From the NCBI GenBank assembly GCA_030704615.1, contig CM060732.1:11594001-11658000 (forward strand): a DNA stretch of 64,000 nt. Direction: 5' to 3'. Source of the DNA: Takakia lepidozioides (Eukaryota > Plantae > Bryophyta). A model generated the notes under the pieces. That model was not told where the DNA came from. It searched no databases and saw only the letters and a list, made by a program, of their open reading frames with translations. How positions within the stretch are numbered: the first letter of the stretch is position 1; every line of letters starts with the position of its first letter. The position numbers were made by a program, and so were the translations under genes. Positions 22,978 through 34,897 of this stretch are shown one piece after another.

Positions 22978-25900
22978 TCAATAAATGTGAGGGATGATCT
23001 TCCAGGGCACCTTTTTGCGATATGCATCCCAGTACGTCTTGTACCTGTTCATGTAATGTTCTCACATTAGTAACACCATAGTCAATTGAGCAGTCTGATA
23101 GGTCTTTGACGCAAACTTCCTGGAAAAGCCTAACCAGCCAATAATCTCTTTCAGGCATGTCCATCCACTCATCACTTCGTGAATCATCTCTGTTCCTGAT
23201 GTGTGTGCTGTGACCCTATACAATAGAATTACTACACCAAATAGAGTTGAGACAAGAGAATCAAACAGTTCATCATAACTTGACAAAAGCACTGTGGGAT
23301 TGTAAGTACTTTTGTTTGCATCTTTCGTCGTCCCGATTGGCACGGTCAACCAACAGAATAGTCAAGAACACTGTATAAAAGTACGGCAACACCTGGATCA
23401 CCCATCACCATTAGGCAATTGTCAGTAAAGCTCAGACACCAATCAAAATATTTGCCCACAATGTCCTATCAAGTGATGTCAGAAAATTGAAGTTTGAACT
23501 CTGAACCTCCTTAACAATCTCTCCAACAGATGAGTTTAATTTTGAGGACCAAAATCCTCGGCATCATCACTGCTTCAAATGCTGAGATGTGAAGTTTTGC
23601 ATACATGATTGAAAAGTGCAGGGACACTCCAGAAGAAGGCCGCTGCAATCTCTGGTGCGTAGTGAAAATGCCGTGCCAGTCCCCACCTGCCATTTGTCCT
23701 CTCAGCTGAAAACTTAAAAGATGAACATGTGTATACGCTACAGACACTAGAGACACTGAATAAATTGCCATTCTTCCATTTCAAATCATGCCATGATTGT
23801 GTGCAACCTTATACAGAAAATAAAACCCCTGGCTTGGGGTCTAAACTTTTGAAGGAAATGCCATGATTTTCTCATATCCACTGGCATAACATTGGCAGCA
23901 TGAGCTTCTTACGCAAGTGAGAAGAAAGAGTAGGAAAGAGATGGAAGATCCATAAATTGAAGGCCCAGAGGGGCTACAGGGCACCAAAAGAGTCAGATCA
24001 AGACAGAAACGAAAGAAAAATGACCTTTATGGCATCCATGGGACGCCAGAGCTCCTGGGACAAAGTAGAACCATGAGTCAGGGAAAATAAAGATTTAAAA
24101 GGCTGATACCTCCCAGGTTTGACAGTGAAGTACCTAACTCTAAGAGCACCAAGCAGGAAGGGACTTAAGAGTGTACCAGCCCGACACAAGTAGAAGGCTC
24201 TGTTTGTGTTCTCCCTTCTCAGTCACATAGTGGGCTAGAATCTGTCCAAATATCCACACACAACAAACTACTGAGCCGGGACAAACACACACAGTGCTCA
24301 AATATGTTGGGGCAGCAATAAATGGGCCTAGATCTCTCATCAAAGTAACATCAAAAGAGAATGCAATCATGTGTCCAATGCCAAGTCCCAGGGGCACACC
24401 GAAGTACTCCGTTACCAGAGTGCCCACTACTCTCTTCTACTGCTTTTACTGGTTCTTCTAAGTTGGGTGCAGCTTTCCCCTACAAGGTTCAAGACTGACG
24501 GTTCTTTCTCTCTTCACATACAGGTCTGTTGGAAATCCTACCCTTCCTGGCATCCCTCTCACTTCTCCCTCCACTGACAACGAAATTCAATGTACCTTGT
24601 TGGGTACACTTCCCCATATTTCGCTTTTGCCATTGGAATTACGGAATTGCACACGCTGGTTGTCACAGTCATAGTTGATGTAGATACACAACAACCCAGC
24701 TGCTAGTATTGCAGCTGCCAGCTACAGTGGGCACCAAGAGACGACCAGTCAATATAACTACAAAGTTGGTTAGGATGAACTTAATAACTGTCCTGGACAC
24801 ATCACTTATTCCAGACACACATAAGAGGCACCTCTGCCAACTCTGTTCTGCAGCATCGCCCTCCACAATGTGTGTGAGCTAGTTGTCTTGTGAATAAAAT
24901 CCACCAGTGTCAAATGCCACAGCACTCACCCCCAGACTCAATGAGGCAAGGATGAATGTCTAGTCCAGGGCTGGCTTAGTCATTGTATTGGTACAGAAGC
25001 ATGTGTTGCTGTTGGCATTGCTACTGTAGTCCTCCTTAGCACAGCTGTGGGACTGCCAACTATAAGAGGTTGAGAGGGAGGCTTCATACAAATTCACGAC
25101 TAGTGCAATCAGCCATGCAACCAACAACAACACCATCGCTTATGTCCACTTAGTGATCATGTGGGTTATAGCATACTACTCTATTGACTTCGTGTTGTGA
25201 CTGCCTAAGATTCTGAGTAGATTAGACAATACCTTGGTCTGGTTTAGAAATGATAGATAAGAAACACTACCGTGTGGCCGAGAACAACAGGATGATTGAC
25301 GAGGTAGAGTGCTGGTGAAGTGTAGACTGATGGTACCCAAACCAGGCAGCCCCACACAATGTAGAACCCCGCTGGTGTCCGTCAACCCCAAATATCTTTG
25401 TCAGATCAGAGGCTCTCCACTAGTTAAATCTCTCTACATCTGAGCATTTTTCCATCTGCCAGCCCATGCATGTGTTCCCTCTCTCTTTCTCGCTGTTTAG
25501 CCCTGAATTTCTTATCTTATAAGCCATGTGGAGTCTCAGGGACATTATAATTTCCCTTTGTTCTTTCTCTCCTTGGGCCCCCCTACAGCATTTAATAAAT
25601 ATCTTCCTGTTCTCATCTCTCTCTCCATGTTTCAGCGATGTTCATGGCAGAGTCTAATTCAATTGTGGGCTTGTTTTCATCCAGGTTGTGCTCACTGTAC
25701 AACTGACATGGATCACAGAAACCACTAGGACCTTTCTTTAAGCAAATAATTGACGACAATGACAGATCCAGGAAGGCAGCATGGGGTTTTCTACCGTTCT
25801 TTTGATTTTCACGTGACTCTTTCCCATAGGCCCACAAAGCTCTTTCTCTGTCTGTCTGTGAGTTCGGCATCTCTCTCTGCCATCTCCACACTCACAGCAG

Positions 25901-28493
25901 ACAAATAGAATAGATTACTGAAGTATAATTCCACGCCTCACCACCAGTGAGCATCACACTTAGCATCTCGGAGCACATAGTGGGAAACTAAGGCAAGCAA
26001 GTTGGAAGCCAGTGGCTGTGAGAAGACTTATCACAGTTCCCTCCTCAATTTTCATCACATGAGATGGGCATATACAGCAGGCATTGTCTTCAGGCTACAT
26101 TGTTGGGCCTGCCTACATGAGCCATCCTGTTAATGATATGTTGCTGTTTGTTGGCTGCCTTCACTCTAAATTCAAGAAATTGAACCAAAGATAGAGAACT
26201 TGAAAGCCCACCTCGGTCATGGGCAATGTCCATGCTATTCCAGTAGCCTGGCTCCCACCAAAAGAATTTGGTAATGTACACCAGCATCAGTGTGGCACTC
26301 ACTAGCATTGAGTCTGACAGCTTTCCGCTTGACTCAATCTGCAGCAACAAGTAACCTTCTGTCAGCTGACCCGCATAACTTCATGTCCTGTATAAAATCA
26401 CACGGCCATCCAAGCCTGTGATGGCACGACGAGCAGACTCATGCATGTACACATTGAGAAAACCAATTGTATGATGCAATAATCTGAGTTATAAAGCTAT
26501 CCGAATGAAGCCTCGAGTAACACCACCTTGATGACAAACAGTGAATTCCAATATGCTTGACATAAATTAGGGAGAGAGGCAAACCTGCTTAATACAGTAG
26601 CTCATCACCAAGACAGCCCAGGACATCATCCCAAAGCGACAGTTGGTGAAGACTTTGATGTCAAAATGCTTCCCTATCCTTGGATACAGCTCCATCCCCT
26701 GCCATACCCAGACAAAATCAGCTTTCAAGTTTCGTGAGTCAAGTTTGTGATCAGGCAACAAACAGGCTACAATGGAGGTGAAAAATCCCATCTGCAGTGT
26801 TCATGTGGAGGTGGACCTCACCCAGTAAAAGTCCACGAGAACGTTACCCGACGAACCCCAGTCCGACGACGAAGGCGCAATATGGCCCTGCAAAGAGTAA
26901 CCGAGGAACACAGACACCATTGGATTAAAACAGAAAATCTTTGTACATAGATCGACCTGATGAACATCAAAACAAGGACAGAATCCAGATACCAACATCA
27001 CAGTTGATTTGAAATATAATCACCGTAGAACTTCAGCACCTTCAGTATCCTCAACACATTAAAATAATGCAGAGCACATTTCAAAGATATAGGTTGCTTA
27101 CTTTGAAGTAGAGAAAAACACAGAAGAAAAAGCTCCCAACGATCAGCGTCGAATAAATCTCACCCAAGTGGTCATATACAATCACTGGGTTGAACAGTTT
27201 TCCCCTGTGCAACAATAAGCAAGAGTGAAAAGAAAAACTTCTAGAGCCGACAATAGGCCGAAGAGCCCATGGACAAATTAGACCAACAAGAAACCACTTA
27301 ACAAAACATCAGTTAGGCTACTAGGCACATAAGTTCCTCAAAGCAGAAACCTTTACCATGGGGTACAACAGAACAACCAATGAGAGACAATAACGAAAAG
27401 TGAATGTTACTACTTCTGACGACATCATCCTCAATGCAACTGAGACAACAAAAAGTATCTGCAACCCAGATGAGATCAAAGAACAAAATCAAGCAACCCA
27501 TGTCAGGAGGCCATACTGGAAGCTTGAAAGCCACAACAGGAGATGGAATTTTACAGCTAGAATTGCTGTGATGCTTCGAACCTCAGGACTGGAATAAAAC
27601 CGCTTATGTGATAACTTACCACACCCTGGCAGAATCCACAGCTTGTGATGGTCCTCCTACCTAAAGAAATGCCTTCATCATATGAGAGCATGGTCCCCAC
27701 AGGACAACAATCTTCAGAACCCATGCCCCAGGTTTTATGCTGTCCTACTGTGTACACATTCGAACACCAAAAGCAGTAACATATGTCTTACCTGTAAAGA
27801 AAGTAGTAGAGAGAGACCGTTATGATGAAGGCTGCAAACCCATTTTTCTGCACACTAGCGAAAGGAAATTATCACTTTCTGCAACAGTGACAGGTGTCAG
27901 TCTCAACGAGTGACTCCAAGCAACACCTAAGAAATGTTTCTGGAGGGAAGATTCATTCTACCAAGATCACAACAAGAGATTGACAGGTGGCCTTAACAAA
28001 TGATATCAACAGAGCTACCATAATTGGAAGTGTCTCCTTCACCCTTGTGCTCCTGCATCCGCCATCTGATGAGGCAATGCCCCTGGTCAAGCCTGGGTGG
28101 AATAATCTCTGAGTAGGCCAGAAATGGATCTGAACCCAAAATGACCTGCAGTGTGGCCACAGTGCCCTAGGAACTGGCTATCTGCTGTAAGCTTTGCAGG
28201 GCCTACAAACTATAACAATTTCACTGTAAAGTCCAACCTGGGAATTGTGAAACGCACTACATTACACCATTAGACAGATTTAGAGCAGACTTATACGCAC
28301 AAGATCCCATGAATGAAGCTATCATTGTTGACCAATGCCATGATTTTGCATGACTCTAAGACAACCTCAAAGAAGCAAGGAGGCTTCTGGACAAAAGAAT
28401 CAGGAAAATTGTAGCCTGACATGTGAGGACCACAGCACCTAGGTGCTACCTCAATGTCCCTCTGAATTGCATGTCTGTTACGTGGGTGTACTT

Positions 28494-28524
<31 letters not shown>

Positions 28525-30077
28525 TTGCCCACCTTATACACAGGTTGGATCCCAGCAGGGGAAATGGGACCCAAGTGTGCCTGCCCAGGGAGAGCTAATT
28601 GCAAGAAGGCCTCAAATGCGCCAAACGAAAGGATAAGTTTGACAGCCAATAAACTGGGCATGGGCCAGACACTGCGAATTGATTGTAGCCCCTGTGACTT
28701 ATAGTCTTGCCATAACTTCAGAGCTGAACCGTCCAAGTTGACCAGAGTATGCCACCTGGAAACAACCCAACAACTATACTGAGTTGCTTATAAAAGGTGG
28801 CCTGGGTCATGGAGTGGGGAAGAGGGAAATCGGAGGCATACATTCTTGGTATTTACTGACGGATCTCCAGACTGAATCAAACATAATGAGAAATGTGGTG
28901 GAAAGGTAGCTACATTGTACATTGCTGAAACCTGTTACACAACTCTTACACACGCGCACTGTAAGCTGATGAGCAATTCAGCAAACAACATTACAACAAG
29001 ACCACAGGCCTCAAGAGTCATCCATGACAAGAAAACCGCATTTTCTGCAGACAAACCTGTCTGCCATTCTCACCTTTCCAATTAATATTTAGCATTCAGT
29101 ATGAGAGTGAAATTGGAAGCTAACTTGTGTAACCTCACTTAGTCCAAGATAAGTTTGGAGTTTGTGGAGACTTCGACATTTGTTCCAAAACGATTGTGAC
29201 CTTGCAAACATGAAAGGCCGCAAACTGAGGGCTAATTGCAGGATTCCGAGTGGTAGTATCCAGAACAATAGCCTAACCGTCTACGACTCATCGTAATCCA
29301 AGTGCCCACCATGGTGATGCAGACTTCAGACATCAGAGGATTATCGTTTGTGCTGAAGACAAAGTAGAGATACAATGGTTTCTCAAACACCGGAGAACAA
29401 TTGCTTAGGTGACTTCCAGACATACCACAAATATCTACAGGAGGACCATTGCTGGGGCATATGCGTAAATAATGTCCCGTACCATTCTCAATGCTTCCTC
29501 TTGCTAGGAAGATACCTTGGCAGTGGTAGCATTGCTCTACAGAAGTCACCTCCAAACTAAGCACTCGCTAAAGCCAGTGCGAAAGAATGCAACTCTACTG
29601 TGATCTCTGTCTCAATTGCCAACCACCAGGAGCCCAGGTGGAGATGGCTTTAGTGCCACACTTATCCTTCTTGCATGCGAAAACTACACTGAAGATCATT
29701 CTGCACTGGGTGTGAAAGAAGCACACTTGTGAAACTGTTTTGCAGCCAAGAATCCCCAAGTGTTGCCACACGGACGTCTTCCCAAAAACGAATGTATTGT
29801 ACTACAATGGATACGGTTCAGTTGCACCACTAACAGCTTCAAATTTCAACTCCTGTGACAGTATTTACTAGGTCCCGTGACAAAAGAACGCGGACAGACT
29901 GATAGACGTCCCAATCGACACCGTGAACTACCACAGAAGGCAATGTGGGAAAGGAAAAGGGGCTCACAAGCATACGACAAAAACAGGGCAGATGAATATC
30001 AAGGCTGCCATGGACGCATAAGTGACACTTCGAGAATGCACATTGGTGTGCGCCTTTTGATACTGTGACATCTCCAT
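22978..30077 (-). CDS. DWF5: 7-dehydrocholesterol (sterol delta-7) reductase, 13 exons
   Basis: GT-AG exons at about 30077-29968, 28755-28533, 27847-27792, 27205-27101, 26888-26821, 26698-26586, 26338-26212, 25371-25271, 24722-24596, 24241-24177, 23685-23604, 23392-23310 and 23044-22978; peptides VTYASM, GMELYPRIGK, KFFWWEPGYWNSMDIAHDR, WGLARHFHY, KVPWKIIPHIY*. Confidence 0.96.
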
Positions 30078-31047
30078 GCTCCTGCTCTTTATCGGGCTGC
30101 CTCTCCGCTCCCCCATCTTTCCTCTACCACTCTCACTTCACCAAGCGCGCTTCAAACTGGAGCAGAATTCGTGGGCAGTACATAACCATCAAACCAAAAA
30201 GCAGCCTCCTCTCTATCTTTACCGCTCTTCCAGCCTCCAAGACGCATCAACACCCCTCATCAACCACTCGCTCTAATCCTCGATTCTCCGCGAAGCAGCT
30301 CAGATCCCCAAACACCCTCCCTCCCAATCCCCCACACGGAATGCTGATCAGCAGTCCTGCTGTCTTGCCTGGCGAGGTGGAACTTGTTTGCGCTCGCACG
30401 GCCCGTGTGAACACCCAGGTCCTCAAAAAGATGCTTCGCGCACCCCATTCGTCCACGTTTCCATTCGGGCTCTCCTGTTTTGTTGCAATGTGTGGCGGTT
30501 ACCGCGGTGACGTACCCACTGGGATTTTTTATCTGCTCAATACTCATTATTAACCACGTCCAACGATTTTATTTTCCTTTTCTTTTTCTTTTTTTATAGA
30601 ACATCATTGGGAGGCCCTGGATTTTTTTTTTAAATTTTAATGAACAGGGGACAGAAGCCCTTTTGTTTTAAAATAATTAATAAATACAAAAGGAGGGCGT
30701 AATTTTTTATGTTCCCAAGGAATTTTTGTTTTCCAATTATTTCGGATAAACAAACTTTAAGGAAAAACAAAACACGAAGTAAAACCAAAGCTAACATTAA
30801 AAAAACAAAATTCAATTTTCTGCATGACAACTGGAGGAAAGCGAAATATAAAATATAATTTAAAGGAAAATCTGAGTATAAATGGTTATTGTGTAGTATT
30901 TAGAAAATATGCACTCTAGTTTTATTTTCAGAAAAAGGGAAAAGAAAACAAAAGAAACCTCACGGGCCGCGCCGAGATACTTGTGTTTGTTTTTTTCTTT
31001 CTCATTGCGAATATACACAAGGAGTAGAGTGAGAAAGATGTTGAACA

Positions 31048-31395
31048 TGTCAAGTTAAATAAGCACAGTGTGAAAACAGCTAGAATAAAACTAGTTATTT
31101 GTATTTAACACTTGGATTTAGGTCAAGTGTTAAATCAGGTGTCAAGTTTAGTTTGACACCTGGTCCGTCTTATCTTCACGAGAGCGGCAGTCGCGCGGCT
31201 CATCTTTCTCGAGTTGAGCCTGCGCGACCGAGCTCCTGCATGTGTTTAGATTTGAGTGTGCGTATGTAGGGGTACAGGTTGTTGTGGGGTGGAGTCCCCA
31301 TAGCTTGGGGTGCCCCTGGCTCGACTACTATTTTCTAAGAGTGATGGTTTGGTTTTCATGTTTTGTGTCACAGTGTGTTCGATGGATTTCTATCA
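31048..31395 (+). repeat. 5' terminal repeat B1 (348 bp)
   Basis: No difference from 42552-42899 found by eye; TGT...TATCA ends. Confidence 0.95.
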
Positions 31396-31408
31396 CTCGA
31401 GAAAGATG
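31395..31408 (+). promoter_or_regulatory. Putative self-priming primer-binding site
   Basis: ACTCGAGAAAGATG is the exact reverse complement of CATCTTTCTCGAGT at 31201-31214; there is no TGG-type tRNA PBS here. Confidence 0.7.
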
Positions 31409-31484
31409 CTCTCTTACCTGTGAGTGCAAGGTAGGAGTTGAGGGTTAGCACTTGCAAGATTACCTGCGTATAAGTAGTGATTAG

Positions 31485-31605
31485 TTTGAGAAGCATATCA
31501 TTGAATGTGACCACAAGATTCAGCGTGCCCTGAAACGCCTGGAGGATGACGATGCCAGAGCCGCCATTGTTATTGCAGTCGCTGAAGCTACCAAGTCACT
31601 AGAGG
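31485..31605 (+). pseudogene. Captured LUC7-like (U1 snRNP) coding fragment
   Basis: IIECDHKIQRALKRLEDDDARAAIVIAVAEATKS resembles plant LUC7-like ECDRKI.RALKRLE..DAKAAIAISVSEVT. Confidence 0.65.
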
Positions 31606-32059
31606 CTTTGGGGTACACAAGGAGATACTTAAAAATGCAGCAGCAAATGCTAGTTGGCACCTATGCATGATCCTTGAAGCTGGATGATCGTTTCACCAGT
31701 AAGCCTATAGAGGAGCCTGCTGTTGCAATTGATTTTTGTATCGGGGTTGGTCTTGGACCAAAATTTAGCTTCAGCTTCTTTGTCAATCATTTGCTTTGAT
31801 CATGCAAGAGCGCCATGCAGCGGGTTAAGGGGCAGGGCTATGGAGCAGAAAAGCGGCATCCTCTTCGCAATGCGCAGAGGATGGAGTTCCGTGTATATGG
31901 TTGCTATGGAGCCTCGCCAACAGCAGAACTTTGCGCTTTCCGTTCTTGGGGTTGCTGCATTGTATGCGCCCTAGGTTCCGGGCTTGGAATTGTCTTCTGA
32001 CCAATTCAGCAGAAACGAACGACGAACGTATTCTGGCCTGATTCCCTACAGTAAGCAGG

Positions 32060-32805
32060 CGATATATAGCTCAACGCCATCAACGAGTACACCCAAGGAG
32101 GTTGTACACCACAACAAGTGCCGTCAGAATCTTGTCACCAAAGGATTCAGGCCAAGCAGCATACGATGGCCACCTCACGGCCAGGCTTGGAACGGCTCTT
32201 ACCATACCATATGAGGAACTTGTCGAAGTAGAGGAATAAACTTTCACAGACATGTCTGGCGAGATTTGAAAGAGTAGTTTTCTTGCTTTGATGTTGTTTC
32301 ATGTCCTCTGGTTCATGGAGCTCATGACAACAAAAGTCGAGCGGCAGCGGACGTACTGGGCGCCGAGCAGAAAGGATGGTCAGGGGGACGACTGTTTCCC
32401 TTGCCCAGCAGCTAAAGTCGTAAAGATTGAAGTCCACCATGTTCAGAAATCCATTTTCGAGCTGCTACCATGGATGCTTCATTGGGTTGGGATCCTGACG
32501 CTTTTAAGGCCACATAACACTTGACGGTGGTGCTAAGGTCACCTGCAGGAGCTTCATGATAAGTGTCCCAGGATCCGTCAGTTCTTTGCAGGCTCCGAAT
32601 GCAACGCACGACTTTTTCTTTCTTTGGGTCATCTGTAACGCCCAGGAAATGCATAGCCAGAATCCACTCCGCTTCCATTGTACAGCTTGATTCGACCTGG
32701 CCCGCCCAATAGTCCTCTGGATTCTGCTTACGGAAACTCCAGTCAATTGCATCGTTGATGACCTGATCAAGCGGTGTTGCATCTATGGACTCGAATGCTC
32801 CCATA
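32060..32805 (-). pseudogene. SHC: Captured 5' part of a squalene-hopene cyclase gene
   Basis: QNPEDYWAGQVESSCTMEAEWILAMHFLG, QRTDGSW, GDLSTTVKCYVALKASG, FNLYDFSCWARETVVPL, QDSDGTCCGVQPPWVYSLMAL; internal deletion near 32430 and two TGA stops. Confidence 0.88.
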
Positions 32806-33635
32806 CACCCACTTCCCTGCAGTAAGCAGTTCACATTCACAAAAGTGCTAGAGTTTCAGCTGCAGGATGGAGACGACGGGTTTGGGAACGGCGGAGCCGA
32901 GCTACGCTGGGGATAGACGGGCGATTCAGGAGCCAGGGCTTTCTCCCCCGTAACTGGAATGGGCCGGGGACCCGCAAGCTCCAGCACAAAGTCCAGTGCT
33001 TCCCGCTGGTAATCCTCCTCAGTGATTTATCGTTAGCCACCAAGGCCTCGAGCAGACTGTGAGTGACCCCTCGCCTGTACATGGCGTCCATAAACATGTC
33101 CATAAACATGTCTTTCCTCCCCCTCTCTTGGTGCGCAAGCCTGCAAGCAATCACGGAATCCACTCTCTTTCACAACAAGACACTACTGAGTGCCACAATT
33201 CCCTCTCTCTCTCTCTCTCTCACTCTCGGTATGCAGAAGACTGGAGCAAGGTGCGAATTATAGGGCACGTGGCCAGGGAACCTAGGAAAGAACGTAGGGA
33301 ACTGGGAACCAGTTACCAGATAGTTTGGGTAACTTTAAATTTTTAAATTTGAAAACCTTCAAAAAAAAAAAAAACAGGGCATTTTGATCTAATTTAAATG
33401 ATGTAAAGCCAAATTGGTCATATCTTTGTCAAATGAACTCTGTTTGACACAGTTTTTGAGGGGATAGCTGTAGAAAGGGGAAATCTACCTATCTAGACCT
33501 GGTTTCTGTTTTTGGGACTCTGCTAAAAATCTATGGAATTTTTAGAGTGTGAGTGTGCCACGAAATATCCACAATCCTGTTTCTAGAACCTGTGCTGGCC
33601 TATATGAGAGACAAACCTGTGGATGTACTCCTTGC

Positions 33636-34385
33636 ATGGCTGGGGGAAATGAGGACGTAATTGAAGGGCAGGTCTCTTCTCTTAGCCTGTGCACACAAGG
33701 GGACAGGATTTATGTTTCCCAAGGAACTCAGACTGATTTGAGTGGAGAACAGTTGGACGAGTTGATTGCATACTGGGAGTCAGGCATTAGCAGTAGACAA
33801 CAGACTGCTGTAGTTGGCATTGAGGGCCTCAATATCGCCTTGGACAGTCAGAACTCTGTTGGAGCCAGCAGTTCTGCAGCTGTAGGTGAAATACCAAAGT
33901 GGGTGAAAGCTAGGCTTGGAACACAGCCAAAGACAGCACCGGGGACCAAGGTGTTCAGCCACAAGGCCGTGGTGTACTGGAGCAGAGGAGCAGGAGCTGC
34001 ACAAGTTTGTGCAATTAGACAGTGTTGCAGTCGGACACGCTCTGCACAAGGCAACCACGAGCGGGGGTTCATTAGCGAGGACAAGTTTGTTCTGTTTGAA
34101 GGCGATGCAGTCATTCGCAATGAAGACACCCGCAACCGTCTCAAAGCTTTCGAGTTGAGAGACTATCAGACCCTACCTTTGTTTTCTTTAGTGTTCAGTG
34201 AGCGGGAGATAGCAGAGTGTTGCTTTGTCTCTACCTGGCAGAAAGAGGAGGAGGGTTGGTTAGAGCGAGCTACTGTAGCTTGGGACAAGGTTAGTGGCAG
34301 GTTTCTGGACATAGATATACCTCCTACACCTTACCATCAAGCAGAGCGAGGTACTTTGAGAGAAGTCTGGAAGTTGATAGCATAG
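33636..34385 (+). CDS. Extra ORF upstream of gag, unknown function (249 aa from the first ATG)
   Basis: Uninterrupted 750-bp frame inside the element, same strand as gag; no motif recognised. Confidence 0.55.
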   Translation: MAGGNEDVIEGQVSSLSLCTQGDRIYVSQGTQTDLSGEQLDELIAYWESGISSRQQTAVVGIEGLNIALDSQNSVGASSSAAVGEIPKWVKARLGTQPKTAPGTKVFSHKAVVYWSRGAGAAQVCAIRQCCSRTRSAQGNHERGFISEDKFVLFEGDAVIRNEDTRNRLKAFELRDYQTLPLFSLVFSEREIAECCFVSTWQKEEEGWLERATVAWDKVSGRFLDIDIPPTPYHQAERGTLREVWKLIA

Positions 34386-34897
34386 ATCAGGGTTAGATCT
34401 TGCTTGGGCGGGCTTCTATTCTTCCCCTCCATCTCTGTACTATTTTCATTACCTTGTACTTGTAGTTGCCAAAGCCTCTCTTGGTGGAGGCCAGTCAGTC
34501 CGGGGTCTTGGGCTGGGATATTCTGCAGGATCAACGTTGCTGCTGGATTTTGGTGTGGGGGTGTTGATGTTTTGATTTCTTGTGTTTGGATCCCCCCCAA
34601 CACCTGCATGCTTGACTGTGCGCCATGTTGGTTTTGTGTGGGCGCTTGCTTTCATAGGGATTAGGCCGGATTTGATCACCGGTCAATCCTAGAGTATGCT
34701 GTCGGTGGTGAGGCTGGAGTGATGACCAGCAAGACCACCAGTGTTTCTTCTATGGTGAGGCTGGATTGATGACCAGCCAACCATAGGAGTTCTTGCGGTG
34801 GATGCAGGTGCAGGTGCCCTGAGCCATTGGGATATGACCCTTAGACTGCAACAGGTGCCCACCCGTGTCACTATTAGATTAGTACTAGAGCCTTATA

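Noticed and set aside
22970-23349. Separate small genes suggested by minus-strand ORFs
   Set aside because: They overlap the last intron and exons of DWF5 in other frames
22978-32805. Triterpenoid/sterol gene cluster (DWF5 next to SHC)
   Set aside because: The SHC is a truncated, stop-containing fragment inside a TSD-bounded retrotransposon, so the adjacency is best explained by the insertion
34404-34664. Env-like or Cys-rich membrane ORF before gag
   Set aside because: Short, non-ATG start, no recognisable motif and no second copy in the window to test conservation
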